DNA of 5,679 nucleotides from a virus. Positions 1 through 5,360 of the stretch are shown piece after piece. Location of the stretch: IMG/VR virus record IMGVR_UViG_3300045988_010678, positions 1 to 5,679 of that record; one strand, written 5' to 3'. The position numbers were made by a program, and so were the translations under genes. Position 1 is the stretch's first letter; each line of letters begins with the position of its first letter. The notes beneath the pieces were generated by a model, which was not told the origin of the DNA, did not search any database, and saw nothing but the letters and a program-made list of their open reading frames with translations.

Positions 1-55
1 CGATTCAACAAAATAAAAAACACTCAGCCCAGTATATATACTTGATAGTTACTGG
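1..55. repeat. Terminal direct repeat. Identical to 5625-5679, so this is the overlap of a circularly closed contig with a 5624-nt unit genome.
   Basis: A base-by-base comparison of cgattcaacaaaataaaaaacactcagcccagtatatatacttgatagttactgg at 1-55 and 5625-5679 gives an exact match. The window ends exactly at the end of the repeat. Confidence 0.95.
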
Positions 56-63
56 GCTGAGTG
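10..63 (-). terminator. Rho-independent terminator downstream of VP4
   Basis: There is a 14-bp perfect stem: 21-34 cactcagcccagta pairs with 50-63 tactgggctgagtg, with a 15-nt loop. On the minus strand it is followed immediately by TTTTTTATTTTG (complement of 9-20). It begins 10 nt after the VP4 stop at 73. Confidence 0.8.
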
Positions 64-72
64 ACACCAGGG

Positions 73-1092
73 CTAAAAAACGCCTTTTGCTTTGGACATC
101 TTCTTCTTCATGATTGCTTCTTTATCGGCCAGTTGTTCGGCATACTGTTTGTCAGTTTCCATGTTTCTTTCGATTAGGGATGCAATGGCTTTTTCTTGTC
201 GATACTGCTTGATTCTCCACGCCTTTTCAGGATTTTCAGCTTCCAGCTTTCGCCAATAATATTCTGGAATGGCTGCTCTCTTTCCGTTTGCCAGCTGGAT
301 ATATCCAAGTTGCCAGAGCCTTTCTTGGTGCTCTTGAAACCATGCGTCTCCGAGTCCTGGCTTTCGGCTCATCACGCAGAATGGCGGTCTGAGTCCCATT
401 TTCTTGTACTTGTCTTTGTCGTTTCCGTACAGCTTCTTGGTCACATACCCAGCTACGTAGTTATACGTTTCCGGCGTTGCTTGAGCTATATCTACTGTTC
501 CTTGTCCCCAGACTTTGACCAGTTTATCGCTCGTGTAGTGTCCAAACCTTGACAGTCTGTGAATCGGCTTTAAGTCGTCTGGATTCCACCCGTACAATAT
601 CATGTGATAGTGTGGTCTTGAGGTGTTGTCTCCATACTCTCCCGCTAGAAAGTACCTGAGAGGCCCGCTGACAGTCTTCCTGAGCCTTTTCATGAATAGC
701 TGTATATCTTCCACGCTTAAGGTTTGCACCGTTCTGGGACGCTCTGAGGCGTCTTTCCAGACGTTCACGCCTCCCTTGAAGATTTCCCCTGTTTCCGTGT
801 CCTGTGTTGGCACATGGTCGTCATCATAGGTTAGTGTGATGAACCAGATGCTTTCCTCGTTGTGACTGTATGCTTCTAGTTCCATTCTTGTGGCCCAATC
901 CTTGCGCTTGCGCAGTTTGCATCCTGTGCATTGTCCACATGGAATCATCATTACGTCTTTGCGGTACATCAAGTCTTCATACCGCATTTTGGTCTTATGT
1001 ATCTTGTTAAAAGAAGCGAGTGAGTATACTCGCCCACTCGCTTCTCTGTCGTGAGGTACATAAAACCGGATTAACGGTTTATTGCATCCCAT
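73..1092 (-). CDS. VP4: Replication initiator protein VP4 (HUH rolling-circle endonuclease, Microviridae gene A/VP4 family)
   Basis: 339-aa ORF with an ATG start. It carries RCR motif I FITLTY, motif II HUH as PHYHMILYG, and motif III with paired Tyr as YNYVAGYVTKK. It also has the N-terminal Cys cluster PCGQCTGCKLRKRKDWATR typical of gokushovirus VP4. The start follows the VP2 stop directly (TAAATG). Confidence 0.95.
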   Translation of the reverse strand: MGCNKPLIRFYVPHDREASGRVYSLASFNKIHKTKMRYEDLMYRKDVMMIPCGQCTGCKLRKRKDWATRMELEAYSHNEESIWFITLTYDDDHVPTQDTETGEIFKGGVNVWKDASERPRTVQTLSVEDIQLFMKRLRKTVSGPLRYFLAGEYGDNTSRPHYHMILYGWNPDDLKPIHRLSRFGHYTSDKLVKVWGQGTVDIAQATPETYNYVAGYVTKKLYGNDKDKYKKMGLRPPFCVMSRKPGLGDAWFQEHQERLWQLGYIQLANGKRAAIPEYYWRKLEAENPEKAWRIKQYRQEKAIASLIERNMETDKQYAEQLADKEAIMKKKMSKAKGVF

Positions 1093-1941
1093 TTATTTGA
1101 GTTTTCCTTTCCAAAATTCGATGTTTTTGCTTCCGATGAAGTCTCTCCCCGGTTTGTATTCGAGCTCATCTTTCTTCGGTTGTCTCCCTGCTCCTCCGCT
1201 GACACCACTGTTTAGGTTGCTGAGGTCGTTGAAAACGTCTTTGAATGCATTAAACGCTTTGTCTGCGCTTGTGTGTGACCAGCTTGTAGCGTCTCCGACT
1301 GCTTGTGCTGCGTTGTACCAGTTACTTTCGCTTTTGCTCCATGTGTTGTTGTGGTTCTGGCTTACTCCCAGAGCGCTTGCGCTAGCTGCACTGCTGCTTG
1401 CCAGACCCATGCTTGCCCCGCTGATAGTGGCTTGTGCGCCTCCTGGAGTGCTTGCTCCGCCCTGTTGGTATGCTAAGATAGGGTTGATGCCAGCTTTTTT
1501 CATGTCTTCTACAGCTCGCTGATAAGCTGTATCGCTCATTTGCTTTTGCCACGCTCTGGCTTTGGCTGCCTCTGCGCTGTTGTAGGCCATTGCTGCGTTG
1601 TTGCTTATCTGGTTATATACACCCTGAGTGATTGCCGCCATGGTGTTATAGCCCATTTGCTCGAATACGCTTTGACGGTTAAATTTCTGCTGGCTTTGCA
1701 TATTGCTTTGAATTGCCCCTAGCATACTGTTCCAGTCTTGCAGATTTTGTTCTCGGTTTACGCCGCTGGCGGCGCTGCTGTAGCCGCCTCCCTGGCTTGA
1801 ACTTTCGTTGTGCTGTGTGCTCCCTCCGTTGCTCTCCATCAGACTGCCGCCCAACACTTTGTTTATGAGTCCTCCGGCGATCGTCGGGAGTAGTTGTTTG
1901 CCGATTCCGAGTAGTGCGCTGCCGATTGCTGCTAACGCCAT
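1093..1941 (-). CDS. VP2: Minor capsid / DNA pilot protein VP2
   Basis: 282-aa ORF with an ATG start. It has a hydrophobic Gly/Ala/Leu-rich N-terminus (MALAAIGSALLGIGKQLLPTIAGGLINKVLGG) and a Ser/Gly/Gln/Asn-rich low-complexity body. It contains the conserved segment YQRAVEDMKKAGINPILAY, as I recall it from microvirus pilot proteins. It sits between VP1 and VP4, as in gokushoviruses. Confidence 0.85.
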   Translation of the reverse strand: MALAAIGSALLGIGKQLLPTIAGGLINKVLGGSLMESNGGSTQHNESSSQGGGYSSAASGVNREQNLQDWNSMLGAIQSNMQSQQKFNRQSVFEQMGYNTMAAITQGVYNQISNNAAMAYNSAEAAKARAWQKQMSDTAYQRAVEDMKKAGINPILAYQQGGASTPGGAQATISGASMGLASSSAASASALGVSQNHNNTWSKSESNWYNAAQAVGDATSWSHTSADKAFNAFKDVFNDLSNLNSGVSGGAGRQPKKDELEYKPGRDFIGSKNIEFWKGKLK

Positions 1942-1971
1942 AATAAAACAGCCCGGGGTTTTGCCCCGGGC
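1942..1971 (-). terminator. GC hairpin plus U-tract between VP1 and VP2 (attenuating terminator and/or translational structure)
   Basis: Stem 1951-1958 gcccgggg pairs with 1964-1971 ccccgggc, with a 5-nt loop. On the minus strand it is followed by TGTTTTATT and then directly by the VP2 ATG (1941). Confidence 0.6.
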
Positions 1972-1982
1972 TTCCCCCTTTC

Positions 1983-3662
1983 TTAGTGATGATCTACGAG
2001 TCCAGGAATACTGTACATCGGCATAGGTCTTACAGATGTGTTATCAATGACGGTGTCTATGATAAACTGCGGCTCGTTATCCACGGCCAGAGTCCTCTGG
2101 ATTTCGGAGTCTCCTTCCTTCATCCATGTCTGGCTTAATTTGGGAACTTCCTTGTAGTTGTCGCCGTAGTGCCAGCTGTCCAACGTCCCCGTTGCATTCG
2201 AACGGAACTTGCCGCTGATGCGGTTTGGCTTCATTCGGTACTCTGCCCAGGCTTCCTGATAACCAAAGGCCTGTTCATCTGTGCTCGTACCAGTGAGATA
2301 CAGCTCCTTCTTCAGAATGGCCTGCTCGCCCAGATTTGCGAAGACAGGATAGTAAAAGTCCAAATTGGTCTTGCGACTCCACATACGCTCCAAGCCCTGC
2401 TGGTAGGTATGGTCATGCCGGATGCAGCATACGCCGATAACAAAGCCGTGCTCTTCGAAGCTCTTGGTGAACATGTTCCCGTTGTACGGCGTAACACTGA
2501 TTGCCGCGGCGTTGCCCTGCGGACTTTCTTGCGTCGTGCCGCTGGTCTGGATGACCTGGCTCATGTTGATAGTGATGCGCGTACCGCCCAGGTACTCAGG
2601 AATTTGTACCGTTTTATCGCTGATTTTGGTATGGAACAGCGAATAAATCATCTCGCGGTAACGGCTGCCTCCGCGTGCTAACTGCTCGTAGTACTTTTGC
2701 ACCTGGAATGCCTGTCGCAGCTGGTTGATGGTCGTTGCTGTTACTGCGCTGAGGTCTGTGTAAAGCTTTTGGTCTACTCCTTCGTTTCCCGCTTCGTTGG
2801 ACCCGTAAATGTGCCATGTGTCACCCGAGTTTTCGCCTGTGGTTGTTTTGGGTTCTCCGACTATGGAATAGTTTTTGAAGTATACTGCATTTTCGTCGAT
2901 GACGCTACCGCTGTATGCTCTGATAGGTGCCTTGCCAGTCAGCGGAATGGTTACTGGTTCTCCCGACTTTTGTGGCGAAGGCATTGCGCTTGTGTAATAG
3001 TCGTGGTACTTGTTGACCGGAAGAGGTCTGCCGCCTGTGTATGCGTTCTGGAGAATATACTCCAAGTCCGGTGTTGCTGCGTCCATGCCCTTTGTTTCGT
3101 CGTCCGTGTAGTTTACGGTCGCGTCTGCATCGCTGTTGACGGCTGGATTGTCTACGTTCTGGTCTCGGAACCACTCCTGCCAGATCATGGCGTAGGCTCT
3201 AAACGGCAGTGCGTTAACGCTGAATGCGCTGTCAGTTCCTTTACTCACCTTGGTAGGAATGCCCATGTAGTCCATGATGCTTCCTTCGTACGGTGCCGGT
3301 TTGTCGGTCGAGCCAGTGACTTTGACCTGAGGAATGGTGTACTCCTGAGTCTGTGCCCACGGCTCGGTGTCGTTCTCGCCCATAAACCGCTTGAAGTTTT
3401 TCCAGATGATACGGCACGGTACGTTGAAGTAGTAAATATCCATGTAGCAGTTGTCCATAACTGGGAAGATAGGAGTTGTCATACGGATAATTGCTGCCTG
3501 GTCAATGCTGAAGGTATCGCCGGGTAACACTTCGTCCACATAGAACGGAATGAGCTGGCCTGCGTTCATGGTCAACTTGACGTCCTGCCGCCGTTTGAAG
3601 CGACTTCGCGTAATGTCCAGTCGCGGAACTTGGTTAAAACCTGCGTCTTTGTTCCTGTTCAT
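1983..3662 (-). CDS. VP1: Major capsid protein VP1 (Microviridae F/VP1 family)
   Basis: 559-aa ORF. It shows the N-terminal pattern FNQVPRLDITRSRF...NAGQLIPFYVDEVLPGDTF, the conserved core TINQLRQAFQVQKYYEQLARGGSRYREMIYSLF and a C-terminal PMPMYSIPGLVDHH. The SD sequence AAAGGAGGAA lies 9 nt upstream, and the start overlaps the VP3 stop as ATGA. Confidence 0.97.
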   Translation of the reverse strand: MNRNKDAGFNQVPRLDITRSRFKRRQDVKLTMNAGQLIPFYVDEVLPGDTFSIDQAAIIRMTTPIFPVMDNCYMDIYYFNVPCRIIWKNFKRFMGENDTEPWAQTQEYTIPQVKVTGSTDKPAPYEGSIMDYMGIPTKVSKGTDSAFSVNALPFRAYAMIWQEWFRDQNVDNPAVNSDADATVNYTDDETKGMDAATPDLEYILQNAYTGGRPLPVNKYHDYYTSAMPSPQKSGEPVTIPLTGKAPIRAYSGSVIDENAVYFKNYSIVGEPKTTTGENSGDTWHIYGSNEAGNEGVDQKLYTDLSAVTATTINQLRQAFQVQKYYEQLARGGSRYREMIYSLFHTKISDKTVQIPEYLGGTRITINMSQVIQTSGTTQESPQGNAAAISVTPYNGNMFTKSFEEHGFVIGVCCIRHDHTYQQGLERMWSRKTNLDFYYPVFANLGEQAILKKELYLTGTSTDEQAFGYQEAWAEYRMKPNRISGKFRSNATGTLDSWHYGDNYKEVPKLSQTWMKEGDSEIQRTLAVDNEPQFIIDTVIDNTSVRPMPMYSIPGLVDHH

Positions 3663-4138
3663 TCAGTGGCTTCCTCCTTTTTAGGCTCTTCAGGCTCTTC
3701 TTCCTGATAGATGCCCAGATTTTTTGCCCAGTCAACAGTTCCGAAACTTGCCACGAATTTATCGACGTCATTGTCGAACTTGAGTTTGATTTCCTTTGGG
3801 ATTTCATCCCAGATTTGCTCGGCCCGCAGCATGATGTTCTGAAGCTCCATCAGGTTTTCCGGCATCTCGGTTGCGTCTTGGAGTCCATTACCCATGTCTG
3901 GCACCAGTCTAGCTGCAAGGTCAGGGTCGATGGATGCCCGCCGGAGGATGTTTTCCAGCTTGGTCTCTTCCAGATAGCTGTCGATTTCTGCTTGCTGGTC
4001 GATGGTCTGGTCAAGCGTCAGCACTTTTTCGCCCTTCTTGTTGATTTGCCAAAGGTATGTCCGTCTGATGCTTTCTCCGGCTTCAGTGGCCTTTGCTGTT
4101 GCGGTTTCCCTGAAGTTACTTACTGAGCGATACGCCAT
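3659..4138 (-). CDS. VP3: Internal scaffolding protein VP3. The start is placed at the ATG at 4138, not the TTG at 4186 used by the ORF track.
   Basis: The ORF is in the gokushovirus VP3 position immediately upstream of VP1. The motif IPKEIKLKFDNDVDKFVASF resembles the conserved VP3 C-proximal motif, and the tail is acidic (YQEEEPEEPKKEEATE). The track start codon at 4184-4186 is TTG with no SD, whereas the ATG at 4136-4138 is preceded by AAGGAG with a 10-nt spacer. This gives a 159-aa product. Confidence 0.85.
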   Translation of the reverse strand: MAYRSVSNFRETATAKATEAGESIRRTYLWQINKKGEKVLTLDQTIDQQAEIDSYLEETKLENILRRASIDPDLAARLVPDMGNGLQDATEMPENLMELQNIMLRAEQIWDEIPKEIKLKFDNDVDKFVASFGTVDWAKNLGIYQEEEPEEPKKEEATE

Positions 4139-4352
4139 CGAAGATGTTCTCCTTTTCGTTCTCAAACAGGCCCGTTTTCTCGTCAAACTCTGCCAGGCGC
4201 ACTAACCGATAGTCGCTCGGAGTCTTGCTCATGATGTTCCGTTCATCAGTCAGCGCGATTTTGAAATTGCGTTCGGCCACTTTGTCGTCACGTTCGGTAA
4301 AGATGGTGATGTAACCCATCACGCATTTGTCGAAGATTCCGTATACGTTCAT
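4116..4352 (-). CDS. Small non-structural protein, VP5-like (product assignment from recollected family pattern only)
   Basis: 78-aa ORF with an ATG start, preceded by TAAGGAG and an 8-nt spacer. The pattern M.VY.IFD......I....D..A.R.F...........P.DY.L..L..FD..TG matches my memory of the gokushovirus ORF5/VP5 family. It lies just upstream of VP3, as VP5 does, and overlaps the VP3 start by 23 nt. Confidence 0.7.
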   Translation of the reverse strand: MNVYGIFDKCVMGYITIFTERDDKVAERNFKIALTDERNIMSKTPSDYRLVRLAEFDEKTGLFENEKENIFDGVSLSK

Positions 4353-4364
4353 ATGGTTGTCTCC

Positions 4365-4463
4365 TTACTTGAACCATTCTTTGATGATGTCGATTGCGAT
4401 TACAACTAATACTAACGCGCTTGCCAGAGCTGCCGTTGTGATTCCTGCAAATAGTACACTCAC
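4365..4463 (-). CDS. 32-aa single-pass transmembrane peptide (hypothetical; not in the ORF track)
   Basis: Hand translation from a GTG start gives (M)SVLFAGITTAALASALVLVVIAIDIIKEWFK followed by a stop, that is one hydrophobic helix plus an amphipathic tail. An SD-like GAGGGGG lies 9 nt upstream. The GTG overlaps the upstream ORF stop as GTGA. Its own TAA is embedded in the SD (TAAGGAG) of the next gene. Confidence 0.5.
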   Translation of the reverse strand: MSVLFAGITTAALASALVLVVIAIDIIKEWFK

Positions 4464-4561
4464 AGTCTGATGCCCCCTCTCATCGCTCCGCTTCCCAGGT
4501 TAATGGCCTTGGTCTTGCGTGCTGTCTTGTTGAAGATTTTTGCGTCTTTGGATTTTCGCAC
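4460..4561 (-). CDS. 33-aa highly basic peptide, candidate J/VP8-like DNA-binding packaging protein (not in the ORF track)
   Basis: Hand translation from the GTG at 4561 gives (M)RKSKDAKIFNKTARKTKAINLGSGAMRGGIRL followed by a stop. That is 10 K/R against 1 D. GAGGAG lies 4 nt upstream. An alternative in-frame GTG at 4579 would add MAKRSK. The C-terminal RGGIRL resembles the ...RGGIRF ends I recall for the chlamydiaphage and SpV4 ORF8 proteins. Confidence 0.5.
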   Translation of the reverse strand: MRKSKDAKIFNKTARKTKAINLGSGAMRGGIRL

Positions 4562-4562
4562 T

Positions 4563-4790
4563 TTACTCCTCTTTGCCACGGTTGATGTCCCTTCTGAGGA
4601 TTTCTACCTCAATTTCGTTCGCTGCCGCTTTTTTTCTAAACGCAAGGTCAACGTAATATTTTGCGTCTTCGATTGTTGCGGCCTTTCGAATCATACTGTA
4701 TGCGGCATCTATTGTCTTGTAGGTTTTCGTCAATTCCTGCATAAGGTTCTCGTCGGTCTGGTCTCTTACATTCCATGTTTTGTTCTCCAT
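4563..4790 (-). CDS. Hypothetical 75-aa protein (ORFan, predicted helical, charged)
   Basis: ATG start preceded by GGAGG with a 6-nt spacer. It is co-directional and tightly packed with its neighbours. I recognise no motif. Confidence 0.7.
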   Translation of the reverse strand: MENKTWNVRDQTDENLMQELTKTYKTIDAAYSMIRKAATIEDAKYYVDLAFRKKAAANEIEVEILRRDINRGKEE

Positions 4791-4791
4791 G

Positions 4792-4896
4792 TTAAGCCTC
4801 CGGTTCGTTTTCTGTTACTGCGTGGTAGATTTTGTCCAGCATTGCAAGGATTTTTTGGATGTTGTCAAACAGCGTTTTGATTTCTTGGAGAGTCAG
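4792..4896 (-). CDS. Possible 34-aa ORF with a non-canonical CTG start (tentative)
   Basis: An extended SD, GAAAGAGGTGA (complement of 4904-4914), has no ATG/GTG/TTG at usable spacing, but an in-frame CTG (4896) lies 9 nt after GAGG. The frame reads (M)TLQEIKTLFDNIQKILAMLDKIYHAVTENEPEA and ends in a TAA one base before the next ATG (TAAcATG). Confidence 0.3.
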   Translation of the reverse strand: MTLQEIKTLFDNIQKILAMLDKIYHAVTENEPEA

Positions 4897-4918
4897 AGCG
4901 ATTCACCTCTTTCGTAAA

Positions 4919-4947
4919 ATTATTTTTGTAAAAATAGAATTTGTGAG
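4919..4947 (-). promoter_or_regulatory. Putative sigma70-type promoter for the small-gene/structural operon
   Basis: On the minus strand: CTCACA (complement of 4942-4947), a 17-nt spacer, then AATAAT (complement of 4919-4924). It sits in an AT-rich gap just downstream of the 4985-5015 terminator and upstream of the strong SD at 4904-4914. The matches are only 4/6 and 5/6. Confidence 0.3.
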
Positions 4948-4984
4948 GAACACTTCTGTGCTGTTTAACTATTTGTTTTGTATC

Positions 4985-5015
4985 AAAAAAAAGGGGGATT
5001 GTCAACCCCCTTTTT
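4985..5015 (-). terminator. Rho-independent (potentially bidirectional) terminator ending the Cys-rich gene cassette
   Basis: The structure is A8 (4985-4992), GGGGG (4993-4997), an 8-nt loop, CCCCC (5006-5010) and T5 (5011-5015). On the minus strand the hairpin is followed by T8. The gene's stop codon (5002-5004) lies in the loop. Confidence 0.75.
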
Positions 5016-5184
5016 CCGGTCTTTTATTTCGTTCGTCGAGTTCCTTTTTGATTTCTTCGTATACGTATCTGCAACGTTTTCCTTCGACTTTGCATGGGCA
5101 GCTCTCACAATCCCCTTCACAATATTCGTATCTGTACTTCATGTAGATTAACTGTTTGTTACTTGTAAACCGTAAACTAGTCAT
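5002..5184 (-). CDS. 60-aa cysteine-rich hypothetical protein (C-x3-C-x2-C-x-C-x6-C, basic/acidic helical tail)
   Basis: ATG start preceded by AAGGAG with a 7-nt spacer. The sequence is MTSLRFTSNKQLIYMKYRYEYCEGDCESCPCKVEGKRCRYVYEEIKKELDERNKRPEKGG. The gene has its own upstream promoter candidate and its own downstream terminator. Confidence 0.75.
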   Translation of the reverse strand: MTSLRFTSNKQLIYMKYRYEYCEGDCESCPCKVEGKRCRYVYEEIKKELDERNKRPEKGG

Positions 5185-5214
5185 ATTGGTTCTCCTTTAC
5201 TGTGAAGCAGCTTG

Positions 5215-5243
5215 ATTGTACCGTATTTTTAGAAGAAAGTCGA
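5215..5243 (-). promoter_or_regulatory. Putative sigma70-type promoter for the Cys-rich gene
   Basis: On the minus strand: TCGACT (complement of 5238-5243), a 17-nt spacer, then TACAAT (complement of 5215-5220). The -10 element lies about 30 nt upstream of the ATG at 5184. Confidence 0.4.
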
Positions 5244-5284
5244 GATTTTTTTGAAAAAAAGTTAGAAGAATTTTGCATTGAAGG

Positions 5285-5322
5285 TCATGCGCTAGGCGCG
5301 GTGCGCCGTACGAAGAGCATGA
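5285..5322. repeat. GC-rich nested inverted repeat in the non-coding region
   Basis: The outer arms are tcatgc (5285-5290) and gcatga (5317-5322). The inner hairpin is ggcgc (5295-5299) pairing with gcgcc (5303-5307), with a 3-nt loop. Confidence 0.6.
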
Positions 5323-5360
5323 TGTAACTTTCCGGCCAGCTGCCGAACTGCCTCTAATTG

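Noticed and set aside
1-55. The terminal 55-nt direct repeat considered as biological terminal redundancy or an LTR.
   Set aside because: Microviridae genomes are circular. An exact repeat confined to the contig ends is the expected signature of a circular assembly, and its length is consistent with a k-mer overlap.
2312-3174. Same-strand alternative-frame ORFs inside VP1 (2312-2497, 2614-2817 and 2905-3174), two of them very Arg-rich. I considered whether they are overprinted genes like phiX174 E, K or B.
   Set aside because: The 2905-3174 ORF starts at a GTG with no visible SD. Arg/Ser/Gln-rich composition is typical of frame-shifted reading of a coding sequence. Nothing supports expression without comparative (synonymous-constraint) analysis.
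4139-4186. N-terminal extension of VP3 (MTRKRACLRTKRRTSS) given by the ORF track.
   Set aside because: The track start codon is TTG without an SD and would overlap the VP5-like gene by 71 nt. The ATG at 4138 has an AAGGAG SD.
5065-5121. The C-x3-C-x2-C spacing (CEGDCESC) in the 60-aa protein matches the radical-SAM 4Fe-4S motif, and the peptide superficially resembles SCIFF-type Cys-rich peptides.
   Set aside because: A 60-aa protein cannot contain a radical-SAM TIM-barrel fold, and no maturase gene is present. The spacing alone is not diagnostic.
196-5146. All plus-strand ORFs in the track: 196-552, 623-829, 1082-1522, 1540-1722, 1808-2026, 2169-2681, 2422-2646, 2697-3527, 3815-4126, 4002-4205, 4470-4880 and 4832-5146.
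   Set aside because: Each lies antisense to a well-supported minus-strand gene or spans the terminator and promoter gap. Their compositions are odd (Cys/Val/Leu/Ser-rich) with no SD, and Microviridae encode all their genes on one strand. They are treated as shadow ORFs.
5300-5330. A possible XerC/XerD dif-like site. GGTGCGC matches the start of the E. coli dif XerC arm, and TGATGTAACTT matches a Bacillus-type XerD arm at 8 of 11 positions. This is relevant because some gokushoviruses integrate at dif.
   Set aside because: The two half-matches come from different consensus sequences. They are not separated by the required 6-nt central region, and the XerC arm matches only 8 of 11 positions. 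This is not convincing without a PWM scan.
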